A DNA stretch of 62,947 bases from a virus (lineage: Duplodnaviria; Caudoviricetes), in the IMG/VR virus record IMGVR_UViG_3300030406_004002, positions 1-62,947 of that record. One strand, 5' to 3'. Under the pieces are notes generated by a model. The model was given only the letters and a program-made list of their open reading frames with translations, was not told where the DNA came from and ran no database searches. Positions 47,401 to 54,689 of this stretch are shown here, piece after piece. The translations under genes were made by a program, and so were the position numbers. Every line of letters starts with the position of its first letter. The first letter of the stretch is position 1.

Positions 47401-49607
47401 AGTCTAACTGGTGGGCTGTAACTACAGAAGAATACCAGTCTATGCAAGAAGAAGATCCTGCTAGATTTGAAGAGCTTGGTTGGGCTAACTTTAAACCTGT
47501 TCTTGATAAAGAAAACAACAAGTCTTCTATCTTCCCATCTAGATTCCAGAAACCTTTTAACCCATTTATGGATGCATCTAAAGGTTGGTTTATACACCCT
47601 GATTTAGTTGATTTTTATAACGTGAAAAATAAACAAGAGGCTAGAGCTCATCATGGTCCTATAGACAAAGTTTTTAGGTGGGGTGTTTTCTTTTCTCTTG
47701 GTACGAAAACTTTGGGTAGTTCTACATATTTTACACGTAACATAGCAGGTGCTCTTACTTATTTCCCTGCTATGCAAGGAACCCCTATTGCTCGTGATGG
47801 AGATAACCCAAGAAAAATTATGGGGGTATCTCTTCCAAGAACTAACTTCAAAGAGCTAATGTCTGAACTCAGTGAAGTGGGAGTGCCCCAAGTTCTAGGT
47901 GATATTATGGGAGCGGAAGGACCGCTCGCCCAAAAGACGGGTATACAAAACACAGTGAACGACCTCAGAATATATTTGTTTGAGATAGGTTTATTAGAAC
48001 CTGAGATTACAACAGCTTTGATACAAGATATGTTATCTAGCGACATCACAGAAGCTAGACTAGAGCAGGACTTCTTTGATGTTATAAACAAAATCTACGA
48101 AGAAAATGGTTTACCTTCTCTTAAAAAGAAAGGAGCCGTAGAAGAGCTTAGTTTAGAAGTTATGGGAAAGATAGCTACTAAGCTAGGTAAAAAAGGTGTA
48201 CGGATAAGCCAAGAGAGCGTAAGAACTTTACAGAGACTTTCTCTTGCTACCGATGCTTTTTATAAGATAAGACAATTTGCTATTGAAAGGAATTACTTAG
48301 AGAGAGCAAGGCAATGGGATCAAGATAATCTTAGAGACACAGGGTATGCTAGTTTAACTAATGAAGCTATAGATATGGAGGCTGTTAACAAGATTAAACA
48401 AACAGCTCAGTATTATTCTCAATCCCCTAAGATATACAATGATTGGAAAGACTCTATTGCAGGGGGTGTCTTTGGTTCTTTCTTACGGTTTAGATTAGAA
48501 ACCTGGAGAATAACAACTAACTCATTTATGCTAGCGAAAAAAGAAAGAGCTAGTGAAAACCCCATTATAAAAAGTAGAGGCACTCTCAGATTAAAAGGGG
48601 CTGCTACAACGTCTGCTATCATGTCTTTATCAGACATAATGATGGAAAGAATATTTTATCTAGGAGTATTAGCCCCTATCGGACATACCCTTGTAGATGG
48701 ACTTGAAGATGATGAGAGGAGTGCTTTGCAATTGGCAGTCCCTTCTTTCTTACGGGACCATACTTTCTTATACTCAAAAGATAAAGAAGGGAAGCTGCAC
48801 TCGTGGGATTTAACTTATGTGAATCCGTTTTCTCCTGTATTTGATGTACCATCAGCAATGGTTAAAGCTTATAAAGCGGATGAAAACATCGCTGTTTCTG
48901 GAGCAGAAGCTTTCTTAAAACAATTTGTTGCTCCTTTTGTGGACCCTCAAATTGCAGTTAATGCTTATATGGGAGCCTTTATTAATAATGAAGACTCTAG
49001 AGGGAATAAGATAGCTTTCAACAATGACAGTGTACTTACTAGGATCAGGAAACAAGCAGAGGTTTTTCTTAAAGAAGCTTATACACCACCTACTCTTTTG
49101 AGAAAGAGCGAAAACTTTATGGAGGGTGGGGAGTTTAACTTTAAAACTTTCTTAAAAAACTATGTCTCACCAATTAAACCTTATGTTATTGACCCTGATA
49201 ATTCAGCGAGGACTTTCCATAAAGGTATTAAACAAGACTTAGAACTTGCTCAATTTAAATTAAACAGGGCTATCCTGAATGATAACTACACTGAGGAGGA
49301 TGTCATTAAAGCTGCTAAAGACTCAGTAGAACAAGGGAAGATCGCAGCTAAACTAATGAACAAATATAGAAAGGCTTTCACAGGGAAAGCAATCGGGGCT
49401 AATGTTGATGTCTTTGATGAGACAGGTAAGAGATCATTTACCAAAGGTAAATATGATGAAGTAATTAATAGAGGTCGTTGGTTTTCTGGAGATCTAAGTG
49501 ATAAAAGAAAAGAAACATTAGATTCAAAAAGCTTGGAGAAATACGAAGTGTTTTTAAAGGAGGTTCAAAAAATTGCAGATGAAGATGGGTTCTTTATTAA
49601 TGACTAA
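41439..49607 (+). CDS. Large internal virion / polyvalent-like protein, 2722 aa
   Basis: Gly/Ala hydrophobic segments, FEGIEEGTDE, HExxH (AHELIH), C-terminal FGSFLRFRLE...DLTYVNPF region typical of ejected proteins. Confidence 0.7.
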   Translation: MATDSSTLLQPEKSEPSQLGSILTYPEWKESYSNISNTVEDDLPNYLDYYRGESFKRGELTRDKEAEIQSYYVDWFTGGDQVSDDEFFDIASNSTALKQGTQRQANFVSQVFPSIDWASLDPQAQQDYLNRSKKALVNSGQLPFASIEEQGRGSVYAGNFDSSGTSESQKVKSSADALKAMYAGAIDPRDLWQVTEGLGESPITGRNRFQAMSDSEDIALVRDLLGQQGSEISKAINDAITSTIDLESYRDEGSLIDQIFADRPEDIDQIILKEFPEKLKNLQPLIVKEIAKRKGLGDVEGAGLNTEGYYKSANKRAFEIIRDLAITHANNQGAFKYEEEDLSKNIRVTPLGIAVAHPELMKLPNFNEIVNEDKRLSDGQKEALKNTRENFIIGTHIPTMDVIFNTIGDTVGKKWVDAKTENPSEYKNNPIAFYENFVKDKSNYSKSKNFWYGINESLFNAVPSIGYSVGALLGNEASAKKLTDFQNKQAARKRVASLFGDDFGFGYDLATAVPQVFSDLAASALTIKGATTIASKLPDLGAVNFLDFQKGFVNDALTSKPKTNFESASQKRIKELIKESSKDSTKVKAAISKNNEYIATKLAVPVSLFATSAARSGGSTYATIYSSLPDDMSHEEKHDKALGGGLLSGAITGGLTVGFSKLNMGGVEDIVSKYSFRRFKNGVNNIKGASWANDNTTKKLVKSTLATQFKEQAKIFATKTRTGAIFKSGIFEGIEEGTDEFINSFVESSYLNEFVPMGERINNALYAGKLGAFIGGPVGFFTYRGPDVDIFEELETPAQSTNVDPQKVLKIGALEDSAEGLQENNSPESAQVVQEEAAKLGMVNDPQDQGSQVQDIKIEEPLFEEGENVFNPDFDNLSEFDEELIRKYIQGWAPSKEGQQEIQLEFLQLEEGRPMRVGIAKGSNPNDPKIVWQIDSAAIAQQLNALEPTKESYLKKEVLDNLIAHELIHVSENNYLKGIWRQSEQGLEAGTDFVDFAKSYLGNMYLDLVGTKAGKKLAVESVARHLGIKTNEVVLPTAETLGSSGMTMDEVVSEMTRQFVELSKGSNSSKSVADFFKGIPESFLRFIQGVVAKVRVFTKPENVAFPKDVKEIYKSLDSQLVSHLNSVEDSYVEILKRSLQGRRLIFETASNENLETTPQETPVEAGALGDSWSQALSEYEQATSWSNDLFAENQIEQSLSNVARAHILANPLYNINEAQLDLIASWYNSNVLGKKLKNLRNVKFDFEIDIEVQNEDGTTTTRKQLVKDISSADSDLKIDRRVRDLLKSAYSNAKKSEDYLPTLSDFLIQLDADINGVDFSTRKEFVLNNNPSESYSRRPVPTSSKKLQREYPDEDINEINQFVLDTTEFFDSLPELQGRVVNLNYESTSGNDPIMVSDGEITLNVYALPNLVKVPKNEWVSQVNIKLAEDKFLNEVSSEELQSAYNELGPSILAFLSSELNTSIGTETKSEADIVDDNGDIIPEVAEEIVKNLVRKYTSDVLSDSDIEDIFSIISSYSGLRGLAIKSIDSINNSFLESSDDFDLVNNEMLEEAASNLKANKIFDSNDELEVPFDDSDTTSSLDFIRNVIVNKSSPSLRTRLEVPIGILKGGYQKPKIFESLEKFNFDNRLQKFWNFLAGYADPRWRREQERRQSFYAAIKVEGEMFVKNIDKVVKRDYKNGWDDASDLVSVASGTTEGANPSEEFRTKVASRRDAAIDRAKKNFNGDVDLLKEKIKEARANERERLSIEKERIRKAILRDIERAHKDIQKTSPELSRLIREARKRLTEAANIIAEDLGIVNPSKYGSLKLKFSKNEGFYLTRSYLAFKDAKYRNKIENSKSEKYRVLRVQAGKRIKRQQIDRDINSKLLAKDKEAYKNGDTDWLLKSEALKRELVERQVKEAEKFIPDTEYEKEALRFLEKLGDDPETDVLMRKNELLSSEVRDFLGEIQDPRFNLVNSLATVKAQVNQIYDGINLMRLSRVEGDKDESNWWAVTTEEYQSMQEEDPARFEELGWANFKPVLDKENNKSSIFPSRFQKPFNPFMDASKGWFIHPDLVDFYNVKNKQEARAHHGPIDKVFRWGVFFSLGTKTLGSSTYFTRNIAGALTYFPAMQGTPIARDGDNPRKIMGVSLPRTNFKELMSELSEVGVPQVLGDIMGAEGPLAQKTGIQNTVNDLRIYLFEIGLLEPEITTALIQDMLSSDITEARLEQDFFDVINKIYEENGLPSLKKKGAVEELSLEVMGKIATKLGKKGVRISQESVRTLQRLSLATDAFYKIRQFAIERNYLERARQWDQDNLRDTGYASLTNEAIDMEAVNKIKQTAQYYSQSPKIYNDWKDSIAGGVFGSFLRFRLETWRITTNSFMLAKKERASENPIIKSRGTLRLKGAATTSAIMSLSDIMMERIFYLGVLAPIGHTLVDGLEDDERSALQLAVPSFLRDHTFLYSKDKEGKLHSWDLTYVNPFSPVFDVPSAMVKAYKADENIAVSGAEAFLKQFVAPFVDPQIAVNAYMGAFINNEDSRGNKIAFNNDSVLTRIRKQAEVFLKEAYTPPTLLRKSENFMEGGEFNFKTFLKNYVSPIKPYVIDPDNSARTFHKGIKQDLELAQFKLNRAILNDNYTEEDVIKAAKDSVEQGKIAAKLMNKYRKAFTGKAIGANVDVFDETGKRSFTKGKYDEVINRGRWFSGDLSDKRKETLDSKSLEKYEVFLKEVQKIADEDGFFIND

Positions 49608-49909
49608 TCTTCTTTAGTAATTATTTCTTGAGCCTCTTCTAACAAAGCTACAGAAAACAAGCAGTCTTTTAAAGTTTTGTCGTTGTTGATAAATACATAG
49701 CTTTCATCTAATTCCATACGCTCATCTTCATAGGTGCTCACATTTATTTGATAAGGATTCTCATACCATACGGTCCAGTAACCATCTTTTGTTTTACAAA
49801 AGTTAGGTAAACTTTTAGCGGATGGGACTCTACTGTCTTGAACGATGTAGTTATTTTCAAATGTATCCATCACTTCATACAGTCCTCTGTTTATTTTTCT
49901 TAGTAACAT
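49604..49909 (-). CDS. Hypothetical protein
   Basis: 101-aa ORF convergent with the large protein. Confidence 0.55.
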   Translation of the reverse strand: MLLRKINRGLYEVMDTFENNYIVQDSRVPSAKSLPNFCKTKDGYWTVWYENPYQINVSTYEDERMELDESYVFINNDKTLKDCLFSVALLEEAQEIITKED

Positions 49910-49921
49910 AATATATAAATT

Positions 49922-49963
49922 AAAAACCCCGCCACCTGTAAAACCTAGAAACAGATGACGGGG
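49922..49963 (-). terminator. Rho-independent terminator, - strand
   Basis: CCCCGUCAUCUGU/ACAGGUGGCGGGG 13-bp stem with G-U pairs, then UUUUU. Confidence 0.75.
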
Positions 49964-49990
49964 AATGTTTTGCTAATACCACTCGGCAAA

Positions 49991-50173
49991 TTATTGGTCT
50001 TTTAAATATACGGTCTTTACAATTTTATAGTTTAGTAGTTTGGCTAATGTCTTAGCCGTTTGAATGTTTGGTATATCTTTTATAGGATTAGGTGCATCGT
50101 CTGCTCTAAAGAGTTTCCAAAGACCATCCTTCTGTTCAAACAACCAGCTTATTTTTCTGATAGTTTTACCCAT
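49991..50173 (-). CDS. Hypothetical protein
   Basis: 60-aa ORF after the methyltransferase. Confidence 0.5.
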   Translation of the reverse strand: MGKTIRKISWLFEQKDGLWKLFRADDAPNPIKDIPNIQTAKTLAKLLNYKIVKTVYLKDQ

Positions 50174-50176
50174 AGA

Positions 50177-51226
50177 CTATACCATTCTTTTATGTAGTTC
50201 AAGAAATGCTTTAGCAGCAACTTGAGGTAGCACCCCATTGCCTAGCATTCTTAGTCGGTCCACTCGGTTGGCAGTTGGGTCCATCCCACTTCGAGCCCCA
50301 TCAGTTGCTCCACCCACGATGGGTTCAGCCTGTTCGGATTGCTCACCTGTTTCGTGATCCGCTTCTGCTTGCTGTTCTTTCCTGGGTGTCCCTTGTAGTC
50401 GCTCGCTGATGGCGTTCCCCACTGTTCGGGGTTCTTCCCAGTCGTACTGCTGTTGGTTCTGACAGGCTGGCCAGAGTGTATCTCGGTAGCATAGTCTAGC
50501 CTCCCGTTCGATCTGTCCTTCCCATCCTTCCGTATCACTGTCGGTCCTGAACCCTTGTGATCGCTCGTCGTAGGAGTCGGCCAGTTCTGCATCATCACAG
50601 CCGTCTCCAATGGGTGTCCTGCGTGTTGTTTCCTCGACTTTGATTTTGACTTGCTGTTCGGAGGAAGTCCTCCCCCTGATTTGACTGTCATCGTTGGCCA
50701 AGATGAACACTCTTTTCCTTTGATGAGGAGCTCCGACTTCAGACGCTGAGAAAACTCCTGCCGTTGCCCGATAACCCACTGCTTCCAAACTTTGGAGGAC
50801 ATACTTGAGAACAGATTCTCCATCGGCTGTTTTACTGCTGATGATTCCCTCAACATTTTCGAGAAACACAACTGCTGGTCTGCACTGTTTGATGCCTTCG
50901 AGTATGTAGGGGAAGAGGTGTCTTGGGTCTTCCGTTCCTCTCTTCTTTCCTGCTGCGGAGAAAGGCTGACAAGGGAACCCTCCTGACATGATGTCCACGC
51001 ATCCACGAAACTTTCCGAATGGGAATTCTTTAAGGTTCGTGAACACAGGTGCTGGATGAATTTGATTCGCTTCCATCTTCGCAACCAAGTTCGCCACAGC
51101 GAAGGCTTCGATTTCAACATGAGCGACTTCTCGCACATTTGGGAGAACTCTTCTGAGTCCAAGCCCAATCCCTTCGTATCCGCTACAGAGGGACAAGTGT
51201 CTGATATATTTTTTGGTATTATCCAC
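50177..51226 (-). CDS. C5 cytosine DNA methyltransferase, catalytic (alpha) chain lacking motif IX
   Basis: Motif I SLCSGYEG, IV GGFPCQPFS, VI FLENVEG, VIII PHQRKRVF, X LGNGV; GTG start. Confidence 0.9.
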   Translation of the reverse strand: MDNTKKYIRHLSLCSGYEGIGLGLRRVLPNVREVAHVEIEAFAVANLVAKMEANQIHPAPVFTNLKEFPFGKFRGCVDIMSGGFPCQPFSAAGKKRGTEDPRHLFPYILEGIKQCRPAVVFLENVEGIISSKTADGESVLKYVLQSLEAVGYRATAGVFSASEVGAPHQRKRVFILANDDSQIRGRTSSEQQVKIKVEETTRRTPIGDGCDDAELADSYDERSQGFRTDSDTEGWEGQIEREARLCYRDTLWPACQNQQQYDWEEPRTVGNAISERLQGTPRKEQQAEADHETGEQSEQAEPIVGGATDGARSGMDPTANRVDRLRMLGNGVLPQVAAKAFLELHKRMV

Positions 51227-51228
51227 AT
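50251..51228 (-). CDS. Overlapping alternate-frame ORF: putative methyltransferase beta chain (TRD-like repeats plus motif IX)
   Basis: 325 codons open inside the MTase gene; WPTMT, WPTPTTSDHKG and WGTPSASDYKG repeats; RLNPSWVEQLMGLEVGWT. Confidence 0.75.
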   Translation of the reverse strand: MWIIPKNISDTCPSVADTKGLGLDSEEFSQMCEKSLMLKSKPSLWRTWLRRWKRIKFIQHLCSRTLKNSHSESFVDAWTSCQEGSLVSLSPQQERREERKTQDTSSPTYSKASNSADQQLCFSKMLRESSAVKQPMENLFSSMSSKVWKQWVIGQRQEFSQRLKSELLIKGKECSSWPTMTVKSGGGLPPNSKSKSKSRKQHAGHPLETAVMMQNWPTPTTSDHKGSGPTVIRKDGKDRSNGRLDYATEIHSGQPVRTNSSTTGKNPEQWGTPSASDYKGHPGKNSKQKRITKQVSNPNRLNPSWVEQLMGLEVGWTQLPTEWTD

Positions 51229-51251
51229 TATTTGCTTTCTATTGTTTAGGT

Positions 51252-51464
51252 TTATTGGTTGTCGTTTTCGAGGATTATCTGATAGAACTTCTTTGCAGTC
51301 CCTTCAGCACCCTCAAAAAGAATTGTGTTCATTTGTTTCTCTCTAATCCCTACGACTCTCCAGACATCCTGATCTCCATTGTACAGGATGGCTACAGTTT
51401 TATAAGGATAGAACTCAACTTCTTTTTGACTTACTATCGTTAACATTTTTCTTTTTAATATCAC
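51252..51464 (-). CDS. Hypothetical protein
   Basis: ORF in the early gene array. Confidence 0.45.
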   Translation of the reverse strand: MILKRKMLTIVSQKEVEFYPYKTVAILYNGDQDVWRVVGIREKQMNTILFEGAEGTAKKFYQIILENDNQ

Positions 51465-51524
51465 TATTCATCCCCATAAATCGGCAGATAAATAAAAGGA
51501 TTAACATGTATAAAAAGATAGCGA

Positions 51525-51815
51525 TTACCCACATTGCTCTGCTCTTTCTAAGATCTTGTTTAGATGAGGCGTATACCTTTCTATGTTAGCATCTATCTTT
51601 TTGATTGCTGCATGAACGGCTCCATACTTTCTCCCGTAATGAGAAGCAGCACTTTGTGCAGTCTCCCCTTCTTTACTGATTAAGTACATAGCCATCGCTG
51701 CCCAAGGCGTAACGTTATGGTTACGGTTATACTCTAGCTCGGCCTGACTGTATGATGATATATCAGACACAGCTTTCTTTATGTTTTCTACTCTTGTTTT
51801 GTCTACTATTCTCAC
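51525..51815 (-). CDS. Small DNA-binding protein, DnaA-C/HTH-like
   Basis: AMAMYL...SAASHYGRKYGAVHAAIKKI resembles the DnaA domain IV pattern. Confidence 0.45.
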   Translation of the reverse strand: MRIVDKTRVENIKKAVSDISSYSQAELEYNRNHNVTPWAAMAMYLISKEGETAQSAASHYGRKYGAVHAAIKKIDANIERYTPHLNKILERAEQCG

Positions 51816-51846
51816 AATTAATTTATATATTTATTTTAATATTTTG

Positions 51847-52137
51847 TCAATTACTGGAAGACTCCAGTTTGTCTTTAAGAGATTGCAGTATTTTCCTAGC
51901 TAGGTCTACATCTTTGGTAGCCTCAAGGAACTGCGGTTCTCCTGTTATAAACCCCGTTAGTAATATGATTACCTCACCTAAAGTGCTGCTAATCATCTTC
52001 TTTGTTGGGTCTGGTTTTTCCAATTCCTCATCTAGCTTTACTAGAAGGGCGGTGACATCCTCGTATGTCTCACCTTCTTGGGGGAAGGCTTGGACGAAAT
52101 CATCAAGGATCTGTTTTAGGTTGCGTCTTTTTTCCAT
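51847..52137 (-). CDS. Hypothetical protein
   Basis: 96-aa helical ORF. Confidence 0.55.
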   Translation of the reverse strand: MEKRRNLKQILDDFVQAFPQEGETYEDVTALLVKLDEELEKPDPTKKMISSTLGEVIILLTGFITGEPQFLEATKDVDLARKILQSLKDKLESSSN

Positions 52138-52463
52138 GCTTTTTGAGTTATGAATTTGTTCACAAGACGGGAGGCTTTGTTCAGCTTGCCTATCTCAGTT
52201 ATGGTATCCGCACACTGGTCTTCTCTGCATTCTAAATCAGAGAGTCTCCCATCAATAAGAAGTAATACATGATCCATTGCGGAATCAGGTGTCACCTCTT
52301 CAATCTGTGAGTTCTCTATTCTTCGAGCTAAGTGTTGAGCATAGAGTATTTCATCCATGATCTCCCGTCTCTTTTCCTTATCGTAGGAACTTATTTGTAA
52401 GAATTGCACGTCAGAGTAAATGTTTCCTAGGTGCTTTAACAGGTCCATAGTTTCTGCTTTCAT
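52116..52463 (-). CDS. Hypothetical protein
   Basis: 115-aa ORF. Confidence 0.55.
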   Translation of the reverse strand: MKAETMDLLKHLGNIYSDVQFLQISSYDKEKRREIMDEILYAQHLARRIENSQIEEVTPDSAMDHVLLLIDGRLSDLECREDQCADTITEIGKLNKASRLVNKFITQKAWKKDAT

Positions 52464-52483
52464 TTTATTTTTGGGTTTGTTGT

Positions 52484-53317
52484 TTAGTGTATGCCAATAG
52501 CTATTGGCACGTTGTTAAATGATTCTAATCCACACGCATGACCTTTCGGTGTGCATGTGTCGCACGTTCCTGGGCAAACAAACACTCGCTTACCTACTGC
52601 TTCTCGCACGGCTCTCGTGTACTCTTTTGTCTTGTACCCTGCTTTTGCAGCTAGCTTGCTAATGGTTACGGCAAGATAATCACCTCTCGAACAAGGTAAC
52701 TTCATCATCCTGTCACGCTTACGTTTGCTATACTTACTACCACTAGAAAGGTTGAGCCTGTAGTTCTTTGGAAAGGATTGACCTGAATCAAACCAATCTA
52801 GAAATAAATCCCAACTCTTACTGTAACCATAAGCTAGGATATCTGGACGTTGCTCCAACATCTTGAACCAAAAGGCTAGAACTTTTGTGTTGTGAATGTC
52901 CCCGTCAACGTACAGCCTTACCACAATGTTTTGGGGTAGTCTCATCCACTCCTGTTCAATGGTACAGAGATCATGGTTCAAGAGCCATAAGTTTTGTGCC
53001 TGTCGGAAGAACGCAGCAGGGTAACGCCATGCTTTTAATGAGTAGCAGAATTCTCCACACTCACCTTTGCCGGGACAAGTGACTAGTGGAAGCACTGACC
53101 ATGTTGTGAAGGATAACTTCTTATTACCATTTGCAAAAACAGAGAATTCTGGTTTGCCTGTATCTAAAAAACGTTGAAACTTGTGAGCGTGATAGGCCCA
53201 CGTTCCAACCTTTGTGATGTCCCCAAGGACGTTTTCGTCTAGCCATTGTTGTAACGACCATACTTTCTTTTCAGTCTGCATCATCTGTGCAAACTGCATT
53301 AGTTGCTTTCTTTTCAT
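52484..53317 (-). CDS. Gp88-like Cys-rich (radical-SAM-related) protein
   Basis: GNKKL, TCPGKGECGEFCY, VRLYVDGDI, YGYSK, NLSS, CPGTCDTC...AC, GIH. Confidence 0.7.
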   Translation of the reverse strand: MKRKQLMQFAQMMQTEKKVWSLQQWLDENVLGDITKVGTWAYHAHKFQRFLDTGKPEFSVFANGNKKLSFTTWSVLPLVTCPGKGECGEFCYSLKAWRYPAAFFRQAQNLWLLNHDLCTIEQEWMRLPQNIVVRLYVDGDIHNTKVLAFWFKMLEQRPDILAYGYSKSWDLFLDWFDSGQSFPKNYRLNLSSGSKYSKRKRDRMMKLPCSRGDYLAVTISKLAAKAGYKTKEYTRAVREAVGKRVFVCPGTCDTCTPKGHACGLESFNNVPIAIGIH

Positions 53318-53321
53318 AAGA

Positions 53322-53504
53322 TTATTCTAGTAAAACAGGAACTCCATCAGCGAGTTCCTCTTCTATTTTATATATTAAATCTTCAATGACATCCCCAATG
53401 GTAAATCCAGACCCGTCATTGTCCTTTGGTTCATCCATCAACTTACGTAGTTCTAAGAACCGTTTGATGTCATGCAAATCAAATAATGTTTCTGATATAT
53501 TCAT
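53322..53504 (-). CDS. Hypothetical protein
   Basis: 60 aa; ATGA overlap. Confidence 0.5.
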   Translation of the reverse strand: MNISETLFDLHDIKRFLELRKLMDEPKDNDGSGFTIGDVIEDLIYKIEEELADGVPVLLE

Positions 53505-54055
53505 TCCGCTACCTCCTCATAAGTCCAATCTAAATTCCTATTCAATTCAGTCTTTACAAACTCATGAACATAATCCTCTAGGTCATCTTCATGACATCGG
53601 AACTGTACCCCAGGCAGTGAAAGAGAAATGTGTGTGCTGAATAGTTTTTCACACTCTCTTTCTTTCTCCAGCTCTCTATCCCTCTTTACATCAGGCCAGT
53701 GACCATCACTCTTTACCCGTATCAAATCACCGAAGTGTTTTTCTGCAAGTATCAGAACGTCAACCACATACTTATCATATGGTTTGTGTGCAGTCTTACA
53801 ACAGTCAAAGCTCTCGCCATCAGACTCCCGTCGTCCACGATTTCTAGACATGGAGAAAGTCTCGTGTCCTTTGTTACCTATACCGTCAAAGGTACAGTAC
53901 TCATCTGTAATGTAAGGGAAGATCTTATCTTCTCTACTCCAGACCACACCTTCAGCATCATCAGAATCCAATAACTCTCTACAGTCATCGGTGAATGCTT
54001 TCCACTTATTAGTAGGTATCTCTTTTCTGGTATACCAGTAGTGTGTATATCCCAT
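53501..54055 (-). CDS. Conserved phage early protein (MGYTHYW...CKTAHKPYD...SDG)
   Basis: Recognisable motif pattern; function unknown. Confidence 0.65.
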   Translation of the reverse strand: MGYTHYWYTRKEIPTNKWKAFTDDCRELLDSDDAEGVVWSREDKIFPYITDEYCTFDGIGNKGHETFSMSRNRGRRESDGESFDCCKTAHKPYDKYVVDVLILAEKHFGDLIRVKSDGHWPDVKRDRELEKERECEKLFSTHISLSLPGVQFRCHEDDLEDYVHEFVKTELNRNLDWTYEEVAE

Positions 54056-54240
54056 TACTTGCCCCCTTTCTTTTTGATTTCAAATGCCTCAACTTCTATA
54101 TCACGAACGATTGTAAGTGAATCACAATAACAGATAACTTCAGCTACCTCTTCTATAAGTTGCTTCTTTGTCTTCTTATCTTTATTATAGATACTCTCAC
54201 AAGCGTAGAATGAGAACTTGTATACTTTAGGCTTACTCAT
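54055..54240 (-). CDS. Hypothetical protein
   Basis: 61 aa; TAATG coupling on both sides. Confidence 0.55.
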   Translation of the reverse strand: MSKPKVYKFSFYACESIYNKDKKTKKQLIEEVAEVICYCDSLTIVRDIEVEAFEIKKKGGK

Positions 54241-54617
54241 TACTTATCCCCTTTCTTTTTTGTAATGAAGTCAATGGTCTTGTCTTCATTGAATTCTGCA
54301 ACTAGTGCAACGGCTTCTGGATCTTCGATCATATCTTTGATGCCTCTGACGGGTACGTTAGCACCTCCATCATCACCACCCCATGTGTTTCTTTTGACAT
54401 ACCACCAATCGTCAAACTCCATAGTCTTGGGGTTACACTCTTCAGCGTATACGATAGGTGACCTAGCTGTTTCACCAGCACGTCTGACACGTTTCGGCAT
54501 AAAGTATACACCTTCATCACCGACGAAACGGATATGAGTAGGTTCCCCAGTTTCCATGTGGGTCTCTTCAAACTCTATTAGTTTCTTTAGTTCTTCTATA
54601 TTAAACGTTAGTTTCAT
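54240..54617 (-). CDS. DUF3085-like protein
   Basis: FVGDEGVYFM, VYAEECNP, WGGDD; likely start MKLTF at 54617 after AGAAAG. Confidence 0.75.
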   Translation of the reverse strand: MKLTFNIEELKKLIEFEETHMETGEPTHIRFVGDEGVYFMPKRVRRAGETARSPIVYAEECNPKTMEFDDWWYVKRNTWGGDDGGANVPVRGIKDMIEDPEAVALVAEFNEDKTIDFITKKKGDK

Positions 54618-54689
54618 TTGCTTTCTTTCTAATAAGTGAAGCCACACCAACCAAGGCTGCGTGGCGGTGTGGCTTCGTTGTTTCTTTTG

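Noticed and set aside
41439-49607. Virion RNA polymerase (N4- or crAss-like)
   Set aside because: No DxDGD/DFDID or T7-type polymerase motifs recognised.
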